From assembly GCA_943324545.2 (NCBI GenBank), contig CALPMA020000001.1, positions 1-57,639 on the forward strand: a stretch of DNA of 57,639 nucleotides, in the 5' to 3' direction. The translations under genes and the position numbers were made by a program. How positions within the stretch are numbered: the stretch's first letter is position 1; each line of letters opens with the position of its first letter. The notes under the pieces are model-generated. The model saw nothing but the letters and a program-made list of their open reading frames with translations. It was not told the DNA's origin and searched no databases. Source of the stretch: Chitinophaga pinensis (lineage in GTDB: Bacteria > Bacteroidota > Bacteroidia > Flavobacteriales > Flavobacteriaceae). Below are positions 1 through 9,771 of this stretch, piece after piece.

Positions 1-7
1 TAAAAAA

Positions 8-1465
8 GTGACTGAAATTAAATTAAAAGGTGACAAAGTCATCGAACAAATCCCTTCAATTAAAGACAAAGCACTTCGTATCAATTTAAACGAAAACATC
101 TACGGGACTTTTGCTGAAATCGGGGCTGGACAAGAAACGGTAAGACATTTTTTTAGAGCTGGAGGTTCTTCAGGAACAATTGCAAAGGCAATGTCGGCCT
201 ACGATAAAGATTTTAGTGATGCTATTTATGGCGATGAAGAAGACGGAAGGTATGTAACTGAAAGTCGTTTAAAAAAAATGCTGTCTCACGAATATGCATT
301 AATTGAAAACCGGTTAAGCAGAGAAAAACATCCTAATAAAATGTTTTTTAGTTACGCTAATACTGTTGCAACTATTGACTTCGCAAAAAAATTCAAAGGT
401 CACGGATGGGTTGGAATTCGATTTCAAATTGAACCTGACGAAGCAATAAACGAAATTATCATTCACATTCGATTTAAAGAAACTGATGCGCGATTGCAAC
501 AGGAAACCCTAGGAATTTTAGGCGTAAACTTAATATACGGTGCCTACTACAAATACAATGATCCCAAAAAACTTCTTCGTTATTTATACGATCACTTGGA
601 CAAAGACCAATTAGAGATTGATACTATAAATTTTTCGGGACCTCGCTTTGCAAATGTTGACAACCGATTAATGAGTTTGCAACTAGTAAAAAATGGCATG
701 ACAGACGCGGTTATGTTTGACCCAAGTGGAAATAATATCTTGCCAGCTGCAATTTTATATAAAAAAAATATCTTGGCTTTACGTGGTAGTTTCAGACCGG
801 TAACCAAGGTAAATATGGACATGTACGAACATTCCTTAAAAATGTTTTTAAACGAAAATAAGGTTGATAAAGATAATACGCTAGTAGTATTCGAAATTAC
901 CCTTTCGAATTTGCGTTCTGACGGAGAAATTGACGAACGTGATTTCATGGATAGAGCCGAATTACTTTGTTCACTTGGGCAAACGGTAATGATTTCCAAT
1001 TTCCAAGAATATTACAAAGTGGTGGAATACTTCTCTAAATATACCAAAGCACGAATGGGATTGGCAATGGGTGTTAACAATTTAATTGATATTTTTGATG
1101 AAAAATACTACCGCCATTTAAGTGGTGGAATATTAGAAGCTTTTGGTAAATTATTTTATCGTGATTTAAAAGTTTTCTTATATCCGATGATTGCAGAAAA
1201 CAAAGAGATTATCAATTCTGAAAATTTAAAGGTTCATCCAAGAATGAAAGAGTTATACAAATTCTTTAAATTCAATGGAAAAGTAATCGATATTGAAGAT
1301 TACGACCCTCAAAATTTAGAAATTTTCTCTCGAGAGGTTCTAAAAATGATCAGCGACGGACAAAGCGGTTGGGAAAGTATGCTTCCTCAAGGTATTAGTG
1401 AAATAATTAAGAAACACCAACTTTTTGGCTACGACCCAAATAAAGTATTAGAAATAAATAAATAA
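8..1465 (+). CDS. Cytoplasmic CinA/PncC-like plus nucleotidyltransferase (NadD-like) fold protein, function uncertain
   Basis: 485-aa ORF with no signal peptide or beta-barrel pattern. N-terminal EIGAGQETVRHFFRAGGSSGTIAKAMSAYD resembles CinA-C folds. C-terminal LRGSFRPVTKVN, FEITLSNL and MGVNNLIDIFDEKYY resemble HIGH-superfamily nucleotidyltransferases with a degenerate HxGH. Confidence 0.5.
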   Translation: MTEIKLKGDKVIEQIPSIKDKALRINLNENIYGTFAEIGAGQETVRHFFRAGGSSGTIAKAMSAYDKDFSDAIYGDEEDGRYVTESRLKKMLSHEYALIENRLSREKHPNKMFFSYANTVATIDFAKKFKGHGWVGIRFQIEPDEAINEIIIHIRFKETDARLQQETLGILGVNLIYGAYYKYNDPKKLLRYLYDHLDKDQLEIDTINFSGPRFANVDNRLMSLQLVKNGMTDAVMFDPSGNNILPAAILYKKNILALRGSFRPVTKVNMDMYEHSLKMFLNENKVDKDNTLVVFEITLSNLRSDGEIDERDFMDRAELLCSLGQTVMISNFQEYYKVVEYFSKYTKARMGLAMGVNNLIDIFDEKYYRHLSGGILEAFGKLFYRDLKVFLYPMIAENKEIINSENLKVHPRMKELYKFFKFNGKVIDIEDYDPQNLEIFSREVLKMISDGQSGWESMLPQGISEIIKKHQLFGYDPNKVLEINK

Positions 1466-1484
1466 CTAATTTAAATTACTAATA

Positions 1485-1521
1485 AATAATAAAGCCAGGA
1501 GATATTACTGGCTTTATTATT
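1485..1521. terminator. Bidirectional intrinsic terminator between convergent genes
   Basis: 14-bp inverted repeat AATAATAAAGCCAG / CTGGCTTTATTATT between two converging stop codons. Confidence 0.75.
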
Positions 1522-1558
1522 TTAAATTGATTAAATGTAAACTATAATAAAAATAGTC

Positions 1559-2011
1559 CTATTTCAGAATTTGATTGGAGTGTTCTTTAGTTTTTACATC
1601 AGAAATTACTTCATCAATCAAGCCATTTTCATCAATAATGAAGGTAGTTCTGTAGATACCATCGTATTCCTTACCCATGAATTTTTTTGGTCCCCAAACT
1701 CCGAATGCGTGAATAACCGATTTGTCTTCGTCGGCTAAAAGTGGAAAAGGAAATTCAAACTTGTTTTTAAATTTAGCTTGGTCTTTTTGAGAATCTGCAC
1801 TAACGCCTAGAATAGCATAATTATTAGCTTGAAAACGCTCAAAATTGTCACGTAAATCACATGCTTCAGCTGTACAACCTGGAGTATTTGCCTTTGGATA
1901 AAAGAAAACAACTAACTTTTTCCCATTGTAATCGGCTAATTTATGAGTAAATCCATCTTGATCTACTCCTGAAAATTGTGGGGCTTTATCCCCTTTTTTT
2001 AATGTGGTCAT
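1559..2011 (-). CDS. bcp: Thioredoxin-dependent thiol peroxidase (BCP/PrxQ)
   Basis: FFYPKANTPGCTAEACDLRD (peroxidatic CxxxxC), LGVSADS, GIYRTTFIID. Confidence 0.95.
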   Translation of the reverse strand: MTTLKKGDKAPQFSGVDQDGFTHKLADYNGKKLVVFFYPKANTPGCTAEACDLRDNFERFQANNYAILGVSADSQKDQAKFKNKFEFPFPLLADEDKSVIHAFGVWGPKKFMGKEYDGIYRTTFIIDENGLIDEVISDVKTKEHSNQILK

Positions 2012-2100
2012 AGAATGTATTTTTAAATTAAAACTGCCTATTTGAAATTGAAAATCAATACAATAATTATAGTAAATTTACGGTTCAAATTTAACGAAAA

Positions 2101-2760
2101 ATGAATAAGCAAGAACGAATAACATTTGTTATTAATACGTTAAAAGAAAAATATCCTAGTATTCCTATTCCACTTGACCACAAAGACCCTTATACTTTAC
2201 TAATTGCAGTGTTACTATCAGCACAATGTACTGATGTGAGAGTGAATAAGATTACCCCTTTGTTGTTTGCAAAAGCAGACAATCCCTATGATATGGTGAA
2301 AATGTCAGTGGAAGAAATTAAAGAAATTATTCGTCCTTGTGGATTATCACCTATGAAATCAAAAGGAATTCATGGGTTGTCTCATATTCTAATTGAAAAA
2401 TACGATGGTAAAGTTCCTCAGGATTTAAAATCATTAGAGGAACTTCCGGCTGTGGGGCATAAAACAGCAAGTGTAGTGATGTCACAAGCTTTTAGAGTTC
2501 CTGCTTTCCCAGTAGATACACACATTCATAGGTTAATGTACCGTTGGAATTTAACAAATGGGAAAAATGTGGTTCAAACAGAGAAAGATGCAAAACGAAT
2601 ATTTCCAGAGGAGATTTGGAACGATTTACACTTGCAAATAATTTGGTACGGGCGTGAATATTCCCCAGCACGAGGTTGGAATTTAGAAACCGATATTATT
2701 ACGAAAACTATCGGTCGAAAATCGTTGATTGAAGAATATTACAAAAAAAAATCCCGATAA
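2101..2760 (+). CDS. nth: Endonuclease III (HhH-GPD DNA glycosylase/AP lyase) lacking the Fe-S cysteine motif
   Basis: LLIAVLLSAQCTDVRVN, HhH LPAVGHKTA (catalytic Lys), VDTHIHR (catalytic Asp). No Cys in the C-terminal region. Confidence 0.9.
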   Translation: MNKQERITFVINTLKEKYPSIPIPLDHKDPYTLLIAVLLSAQCTDVRVNKITPLLFAKADNPYDMVKMSVEEIKEIIRPCGLSPMKSKGIHGLSHILIEKYDGKVPQDLKSLEELPAVGHKTASVVMSQAFRVPAFPVDTHIHRLMYRWNLTNGKNVVQTEKDAKRIFPEEIWNDLHLQIIWYGREYSPARGWNLETDIITKTIGRKSLIEEYYKKKSR

Positions 2761-2775
2761 AGCTATCGGGATTTT
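2748..2775. terminator. Bidirectional intrinsic terminator
   Basis: AAAATCCCGATA-aagc-TATCGGGATTTT hairpin overlapping the nth stop, facing the small ORF downstream of the sigma gene. Confidence 0.8.
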
Positions 2776-2777
2776 GA

Positions 2778-2921
2778 TTAGTTAGCTAGAATTTCGAATG
2801 ATTTATTACCAATTTTAAGGATATTCAAAGCTTTTGAATAGTTTAATAAGAATTGAATTGTTTCTTTTTTTGGTACTTTTTTTGAAATTCCTAAAACTTC
2901 TTTAGAGTAAATTTTCGCCAT
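2778..2921 (-). CDS. Small hypothetical protein (47 aa) downstream of ECF sigma, missing from ORF track
   Basis: Hand translation MAKIYSKEVLGISKKVPKKETIQFLLNYSKALNILKIGNKSFEILAN*. ATG at 2921, TAA at 2778-2780 immediately before the terminator. Confidence 0.7.
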   Translation of the reverse strand: MAKIYSKEVLGISKKVPKKETIQFLLNYSKALNILKIGNKSFEILAN

Positions 2922-2976
2922 AATATATTAGAATTAATTTCTATTTTATTATAACGAAATATCTATTCAAATAGTA

Positions 2977-3561
2977 TTAATTTGTTAATATAATTTGATG
3001 TTTGTCAATAACTTTTCTTAAGTTCATTATTGCATAGCGCATTCTACCTAAGGCAGTGTTGATGCTAACCCCAGTTAATTCTGAGATTTCTTTAAAACTA
3101 AGGTCTTGATACATCCTCATCATCAAAACTTCTTTTTGATCTTCAGGAAGCTCTTTAATTAATTTTCTTAAATCAGACTCTACCTGTGAAGTGATCATTT
3201 GAGATTCAATGTTCGGAACATTATCTGACATAATAGAAAATATTGAAAATTCTTCTGTTTCTCTAAACATTGGCATTTTTTTATTTTTTCTATAATAATC
3301 GATAATTAAATTGTGCGAAATTCGCATTACCCAAGGTAAAAATTTACCTTCTTCATTGTAAGAATTAGATTTCAGGGTTTTAATTACTTTAATAAAAGTA
3401 TCTTGAAAGATATCGTCTGCTATATCTCTATCTGATAATTTAGAATAGATAAAACCGTAAATCTTTGATTGGTGTCTGTTAATTAATATAGACAAGGAAT
3501 TTTCATCACCTGCTATGTAATTTTTTACCAATAACGCGTCTGGGATTTGTACATTAGCCAT
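2977..3561 (-). CDS. RNA polymerase sigma-70 family ECF sigma factor
   Basis: Region 2 ADDIFQDTFIKV and FLPWVMRISHNLIIDYYRK; region 4 LPEDQKEVLMMR...SFKEISELTGVSINTALGRMRYA. Confidence 0.95.
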   Translation of the reverse strand: MANVQIPDALLVKNYIAGDENSLSILINRHQSKIYGFIYSKLSDRDIADDIFQDTFIKVIKTLKSNSYNEEGKFLPWVMRISHNLIIDYYRKNKKMPMFRETEEFSIFSIMSDNVPNIESQMITSQVESDLRKLIKELPEDQKEVLMMRMYQDLSFKEISELTGVSINTALGRMRYAIMNLRKVIDKHQIILTN

Positions 3562-3742
3562 AAAAATACTTTTTAGTTGTTTAATAAAAATTGGAGAATT
3601 ATCTCTAAAAAGTAGTTTTTTCTATAGGCAAATGTTAAATTAGAATTAATATTAAAACAAATATAGTATAAAATTTATTTGAAAAACAAATTTTATTTGA
3701 AAAATTAAATACTTAAATGATTTTAATATTTTATATTAATTT

Positions 3743-3776
3743 AAAAATACCCCACAAAATTAGATTTTGTGGTATT
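3743..3776 (-). terminator. Probable intrinsic terminator ending the glucan locus
   Basis: CCACAAAAT-tag-ATTTTGTGG hairpin with an A-tract on its left (U-tract on minus strand), ~25 bp after the GH16 stop. Confidence 0.6.
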
Positions 3777-3802
3777 AATTTGTTGTTAATAAATTTTAAA
3801 TT

Positions 3803-5500
3803 TTATTTCACAATCATTTTTTTGACATTTCTTTTGTCTCCGGAGTAAACTGCAAGTAAATAAATCCCTTGTGATAGATTTTTAATATCAATTTTTTGAG
3901 TATCGCTTTTATTTTCTATAACTAAAATTCCTGTCATATTATAAACTTCGACTTTGTCAATAATATCTTTAGAAATTATATTTATGAAATTTTCTACGGG
4001 ATTTGGGAATGTAAAATCTAAAGGTTGATCAATTGATGCCACTTCTAAAGCACAATTACTCCCTACTACATATGAATAATAATTTGTAACCGACATACCG
4101 CCAGCATATGCAAACTTCACTCCATAAATTATTGTATTACCGATAGTTTGTCCAGTAATAGTATGAGTGAAAATATTTCCTGTTACATTTGTCATTTGAG
4201 TTTCAGCAAATGGGCTTTGTTTCCACAAAAATGCCACAACACCTACTTTATCTGTATCTAGCAATTCAAAATTAATTTTTACATTGGTTCCTAATGTTTC
4301 AAACGCATATTTATATCCTGTTGAAAAAGACCCTATTTGTGCTAAATTGCTAGTTCCAAAGCAACCAATTACACTGGTTGTAGTCGCATTAATTACAATT
4401 GGATTTGATACAAAATTATTTCCTGCCAAATCTCTTGCTGCTATTGAAAAAACATAATTTGTATTAGGATTTAAGTTAGGAACCACGACTGATTTTTGAA
4501 TTCCTGAAGGGCTAGCCGTATTAATACTTCCACCATTATAGTTAATACTATATGAAACATTACCTGAATTATCATTTCCGTTTAATAACAATTCAATAGT
4601 TGAGCTAGTCACTGTACCAATAGTAGCCGTGAAATTAGTTGGCGCTTGTGTGTCGACAGTAGTGTTTTGATATACTCTAACATAATCGATAACCATAGTC
4701 GCTTGATTGAAGTTTGAAGGAATGGTTCCCGCTACGCCACCCATAGCGATATTTAATAATAAATATTGCTCGGCGTTAAAAGGCCAATTACTCGGCGTTT
4801 TTACTGCAGGATTATAGGTATAAAAAACTACTCCGTCCAATAAAAAAGTAATTTGAAAAGGAGACCAATTCATGGAATATACGTGGTAATCTGTTCCTAA
4901 ATTTGCTGCTATGGTTCCGCCATGATTTACTGTACTTCCAAAAGAAGAAGGGGTATGGATCGCACTTTGTACGTAACCTGCAGGTTGCGATTGTGTAATA
5001 CCATGTTCCATAATATCAATTTCACCACAAGCAGGCCAACCGGTTGTTCCAAATTGAGCATCAAAAAAACCACCATCTTCATTAATATTTTTCCCTAACA
5101 ACCATAAAGCAGGCCAAGTACCTTGATTGGTTGGAATTTTTGCACGAATGTCCACACGACCGTACAGAAAAGCAAATTTTGAATTTAATCGTGCAGAAGT
5201 ATATTGTTTTGTAACACCTTGACTGGTGTAAGGTTCTTTTTTTGCTGTAATATTAAGAAAACCACCAGTTACAGATGAATTTGTAAGTTGGTTCGTGTAA
5301 TGTTGTACTTCGCCATTATACCAACTTCCACCGGCTGGAATTTGTATTTGATGGTGCCATTTGGTAGCATTTATAACGCCATTACCATCAAATTCATCTG
5401 ACCACACTAAATTGTTGTAAATTACATCAACTTGGGCAAAACCAAATTGTGTCGCAAAAAATAGCGTTATCAGAATTTGAAATAGTGTATTATTTTTCAT
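3803..5500 (-). CDS. Secreted GH16 endo-beta-1,3-glucanase with FN3, putative CBM and T9SS C-terminal domain
   Basis: Signal peptide from MKNNTLF (ATG 5500; track start 5527). WSDEFDG, WPALWLLG, catalytic GEIDIME, DYVRVYQ. FN3-like DTQAPTNFT...LNPNTNYVFSIAARD. CTD FPNPV...GIYLL...KKMIVK. Confidence 0.9.
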   Translation of the reverse strand: MKNNTLFQILITLFFATQFGFAQVDVIYNNLVWSDEFDGNGVINATKWHHQIQIPAGGSWYNGEVQHYTNQLTNSSVTGGFLNITAKKEPYTSQGVTKQYTSARLNSKFAFLYGRVDIRAKIPTNQGTWPALWLLGKNINEDGGFFDAQFGTTGWPACGEIDIMEHGITQSQPAGYVQSAIHTPSSFGSTVNHGGTIAANLGTDYHVYSMNWSPFQITFLLDGVVFYTYNPAVKTPSNWPFNAEQYLLLNIAMGGVAGTIPSNFNQATMVIDYVRVYQNTTVDTQAPTNFTATIGTVTSSTIELLLNGNDNSGNVSYSINYNGGSINTASPSGIQKSVVVPNLNPNTNYVFSIAARDLAGNNFVSNPIVINATTTSVIGCFGTSNLAQIGSFSTGYKYAFETLGTNVKINFELLDTDKVGVVAFLWKQSPFAETQMTNVTGNIFTHTITGQTIGNTIIYGVKFAYAGGMSVTNYYSYVVGSNCALEVASIDQPLDFTFPNPVENFINIISKDIIDKVEVYNMTGILVIENKSDTQKIDIKNLSQGIYLLAVYSGDKRNVKKMIVK

Positions 5501-5539
5501 AATTATTATTCTATGGAAATGATTCATTTACTGTTTTAC

Positions 5540-6988
5540 TTACAATTGGTCAACTTTTTTCTTTACTAATAATTTCCTTTCTTCTAATTCTTTTTTTATC
5601 TCATTTGCTTTTTTCTCCGTAAGATCATAATCCCACATAATGTACATGGCTATTAATGTACCAAATATTGGCACTCCTGAAAAAAACAATCTTAACCCTG
5701 TAACAGCACCTTCTGGTTGGGTAGGCGCACCAGCTTTGAATGCCACAGCTGACATGATAACACCCGTTAATAAACCTGCAATTGCAAAACCAAACTTTAC
5801 CATCCACCAATAAATGGCTCCAAAAATACCTTCTCTCCTTTTACCAGATTCTAATTCATCCATATCACATACATCAGCAGTCATAGACATCATTAGCGTA
5901 AATAAACTTCCAATACCAAATGAAAAAAAAGGTAATGCAAATAAAAACATGTAAGGTTTACCTGGAATAAAAAGTAACCAAAGCAATATATATCCAATTA
6001 CAGAAATACCTTGAGAAATTAAAAATACCGTTTTTTTCTCCATTTTTTTTGACATCCAAGCTACCATTGGTATTACTATAAATGTAGTTGCCAATGCACC
6101 CAAACACCCAAAAAGAGTTGGCCATGGATATGCAGCTGCAGTATCACCATTAAATAGATAATACACAACAATAAAAAAAGTAAAACCCGCAACCGTATTG
6201 AAAGCATTAAAAATAAAAAATGTAGCAATACAAAGTTTTCTAAATGCTTTATTTGAAAATGCTTCTTTAAAACTACTTAATATTTCTTTTAAACTTCCTC
6301 CAATAGTTCTAACTGTTAATGGTTTTAATGTATCATCAAATTTAGTTGATTTGCTTTTAATAAAAATAGCAGGAACCATAGCTAAAAGCATAAAAACTAA
6401 TCCTACCCAAATGGCTAAGGTTCTTGTCGCAGTATCTGCATTTGGAAACCAAGATGGATCGTACATGATTACCCAAAACCATGGTGCAATAACCCAAGCC
6501 CACTGACCTATCCATTGAGAAATAGCCATAATACTGGTGCGCTCATGAAAATCGTCACTCATCTCATATCCCATTGCAACATATGGTACGCTAAAGATGG
6601 AAAGCCCAATGTGAAAAATTAGTGACATTACAAGAAAAAATATGAAATTATAGGTAACACTATTTTCGCGATATAATTGCCACATAATTATAAATGAAAT
6701 TCCCATAATGATGGAGCCCACAAATACATATTGCCTTCTTCTTCCCCAATCTGATTTTGTATTATCGGATATAAAACCCATGATAGGATCGAAAAAAGCA
6801 TCAACTATTCTGGGCACAAAAAATAAAACGCCCCACATCCATGAGGGCATCCCTAAGTTTTCGACTAAAACTACCATGAAAATTCCTAAAGCAGCTGGAA
6901 ACATTTGGTTGGCGAGCATCCCTAATCCAAAAGCAATTTTTTGACTCATTGGAACAATCACTTTGGTATTTGTTATATTATTTAACAT
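5540..6988 (-). CDS. MFS transporter, GPH (glycoside-pentoside-hexuronide) family
   Basis: About 12 hydrophobic segments, DAFFDPIMGFISDNTKSDWGRRR, MMSMTADVCDMDELESGKRREGIF. Confidence 0.9.
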   Translation of the reverse strand: MLNNITNTKVIVPMSQKIAFGLGMLANQMFPAALGIFMVVLVENLGMPSWMWGVLFFVPRIVDAFFDPIMGFISDNTKSDWGRRRQYVFVGSIIMGISFIIMWQLYRENSVTYNFIFFLVMSLIFHIGLSIFSVPYVAMGYEMSDDFHERTSIMAISQWIGQWAWVIAPWFWVIMYDPSWFPNADTATRTLAIWVGLVFMLLAMVPAIFIKSKSTKFDDTLKPLTVRTIGGSLKEILSSFKEAFSNKAFRKLCIATFFIFNAFNTVAGFTFFIVVYYLFNGDTAAAYPWPTLFGCLGALATTFIVIPMVAWMSKKMEKKTVFLISQGISVIGYILLWLLFIPGKPYMFLFALPFFSFGIGSLFTLMMSMTADVCDMDELESGKRREGIFGAIYWWMVKFGFAIAGLLTGVIMSAVAFKAGAPTQPEGAVTGLRLFFSGVPIFGTLIAMYIMWDYDLTEKKANEIKKELEERKLLVKKKVDQL

Positions 6989-7010
6989 AAGCTATATTTT
7001 TATTATGCAA

Positions 7011-8518
7011 TTAATTAGGTTTAATTATTATTGTTTGAAGTGCATTTGCATCTATTGTAATCACTTTATTTTTTTTATTTAACTGAATATCAATTTTATG
7101 AGAACGAGCAGATGGATTAAAAACAGCTATTGCAATGGTACCATCTAGATTCTTAACTGCAGTTGCTACTAATTCTTTGTTATCTATTTGACATCCAATT
7201 TTTATAGCTCCTGGTCGCATAAATTTACTGAAATGAGCCATCACATAATACAAAGGTGTAAAATAAACCTCATCATTTTTATCATCAACAAGTATTGGAG
7301 CCACGCACCAGTTTTTAAACCAATTTGGACCGCCTTGTCTGTCTAAAACCATATTCCAATCTATCCATCCATCTACCCAATTGTTTAAACAACCAATTAT
7401 ATCCATGGCATAACGATTTACTGGAGCATATTTTGGATGTAAGGGTTTGTCTTTTTCACTTGCCCAATCCCAACCCCAATCTGTTGCTTCTTTTTTCCAA
7501 TACCAAGCATCATCTTGCCAATGCGGAATTTCAGAATCGATACAACCTTCGGTTTCGATTAGGTATTTATTTGGTGCTTTATTGTGAGCATATTGTAATT
7601 CTTTAGCAAAATAATCAAACGTGCTTTCATACCAATGAATGGCAGTTCCGGCAAAATATTTTGAAGTGGCTTCATTTTTATAAATAGCATCCACCCATTC
7701 TGGTATACCCGCTCTGTTTTGGTCATAACCTAAAATCTTTAAATCTTTCCAACCGTCTTTTTCTAATTTTGGACCAAGATGATTTTGAACAAAAAGGGTC
7801 ATTTCTTCTGGAGAAAAAAGTGTGCTTTCCCAATTATTTCCATTTCCATGGGGTTCATTTATTACGGTAATTCCCCAGATATCAATACCTTCATTTTTAT
7901 AGGCTTTTAAATATTTTGAAAAATAAAGGGAAAAAGTGTCATTAAATTCTGGTAATAATTTTCCTCCAACATAGCTTTTATTATCTTTCATCCATGGCGG
8001 ACATGACCAAGGAGAAGAAATAATTTTAAATCCATCTTTAGAAATAGCTTTTGCGTCTAAAATCATAGGAATTAAATCGGGCTTATCATCTTCTATTGTA
8101 AAATGCTCCAAAGACCTATCATTTTCAACTTTAGCATACGTATAATTACTAAGAGAAAAATCACAAGAAGCAATATGGGTTCGTGTTAAAGAATAATTAG
8201 CACCTGATTCGCTGAAATAGGCATTTAAGATTTTTTTTTGTTTTTTTTACTTAATCGATTTAATAAATAGGCTGAAGATTCTGTAAATGATCCTCCAAAA
8301 CCTGTAATCGTTTGAAATTTTTCTTCCGGATTGATTGATAAAACAACTGAAGTACCTTTGTTTGAAAATTGGGTGATTTTTGTCAAATAATTTCCACTTG
8401 AAGATGTTTCATATACTTGCACTTTCATTTCTTTTGTGCTTGAGCAACTATATATTGAAAATATAATACTAGTTATAAAAAGTTTAAAAGGCGTTATTTT
8501 AAAATAAATTTTAGCCAT
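7011..8518 (-). pseudogene. GH30 glycoside hydrolase lipoprotein (likely beta-1,6 debranching) split by a 1-nt frameshift
   Basis: 5' part (ATG 8518, lipobox IYSC, QTITGFGGSFTESSA) stops after the A8-C-A9 tract at 8231-8248. One added base reads on as KKILNAYFSESGANYSLTRTHIASCDFS into ORF 7011-8111, which has INEP (acid/base) and ETEGC (nucleophile). Restored length ~502 aa. Confidence 0.85.
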
Positions 8519-8520
8519 AA

Positions 8521-9771
8521 TTAATTTTGAAAAATTAGTCTTGGAACTTTTACATTCTGCCATAAAGTGTTTTCATCTCCATTATAGGTTTTTACAATTG
8601 GTTTTCCATTGCGGGTTAAACCATTAAAAATTCCTTTATCAACTTTATCCCAAAGCGCAAATTTGGCTTGGTTTTGCAAATTGATCAATCCAAAATGATT
8701 TTCTGAACCTAAAGGATTTGAAGCATCTTTCCAATTTTCATCAAAAGCCTCAAAATAAAAACAAGTAATTTTTTCTTTGTTTGACCACTCTCGTATCAAT
8801 TTATAATATTGAGCTGCTTTGTATTCGTCGGCTGCTTTGGAACCTGTATCTCCGTAATACAAATTATCAATGGTAGTCCAACCGGTTTCACCAATTTGAA
8901 CTGGCTTATCTACGCCAATCGATTTCATATATTTTACAACTCCATTATATTGTGAAAAAGCATAATCTCTAGCTCGCAACATAGCCGCATCTATTTTCAT
9001 TTTATCGGATAGATTTATTTCATTTTCTTTAATTCCCCATATTTGTGGAAAATAACGTTCGTCGTGAATAGGATACGTATGCAAGGAAATATAATCTACC
9101 GCTTTTATTAATCTATTCAAATCTTCGGTTTGATATTGCTCATCTCCTCCTCCCCAAGAAAGATAATTGTCTGAGCTTGTTATCCATAGATTTTTTGGTA
9201 ATTGTTTTGTTTTTTTTAATTCTTGTAAATGATTAACCCATTTTAAAATTATAGATGGTGTAACATAATAACTGGTCGCCCATTTAACCATTGCTTCATT
9301 TCCAACAGAAATAATTTTAATAATCTCTGGATATTGATTGGATAATTCCACAGCTTTTTGAATTTCAATTGTATTACGTTGACTTTCTTCTTCATGAATT
9401 GGTGGAATTTCTGTCCAAGCATTTTTACAATCAATCCAAACGCCTAACATCACATACATTTCAAACTTGGGATTTTCTTTTTTTAATTCAGTTATGGCTT
9501 TAAGCACATTTACTATTTCTTCACGATGCAGATTATAGGTTCTGATAATTTTAATATCTAAAGCTGCTAAAATTTTTAAATCGTCCTTAACTTCGGATAC
9601 ATTTGGTTCTATATCTCTTGAATTGGTTCGATAGCCACCATAGCAAATGCCTTGATATTTAGGATTTCCTAATAATTTTTTCGCGGTCATTTCTTTTGAA
9701 ACTAGATTGCTAGTAATCATTGGTTTACATGATATAAATAATAGTAATATGATGTAAATCAGATGTTTCAT
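8521..9771 (-). CDS. GH17-family beta-1,3-glucanase/glucosidase, lipoprotein
   Basis: Lipobox LFISC; GICYGGYR, IIRTYN, ISVGNEA, IGETGW, YFEAFDENWK, ENHFGL. Confidence 0.8.
   Translation of the reverse strand: MKHLIYIILLLFISCKPMITSNLVSKEMTAKKLLGNPKYQGICYGGYRTNSRDIEPNVSEVKDDLKILAALDIKIIRTYNLHREEIVNVLKAITELKKENPKFEMYVMLGVWIDCKNAWTEIPPIHEEESQRNTIEIQKAVELSNQYPEIIKIISVGNEAMVKWATSYYVTPSIILKWVNHLQELKKTKQLPKNLWITSSDNYLSWGGGDEQYQTEDLNRLIKAVDYISLHTYPIHDERYFPQIWGIKENEINLSDKMKIDAAMLRARDYAFSQYNGVVKYMKSIGVDKPVQIGETGWTTIDNLYYGDTGSKAADEYKAAQYYKLIREWSNKEKITCFYFEAFDENWKDASNPLGSENHFGLINLQNQAKFALWDKVDKGIFNGLTRNGKPIVKTYNGDENTLWQNVKVPRLIFQN

Noticed and set aside
8-1465. TonB-dependent receptor label that I recall being given to this family
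   Set aside because: No signal peptide, plug, barrel strands or C-terminal aromatic residue.
7011-8563. Treating 8225-8563 and 7011-8111 as two genes
   Set aside because: They are the two halves of one GH30; the sequence between them encodes conserved GH30 residues in the second frame.
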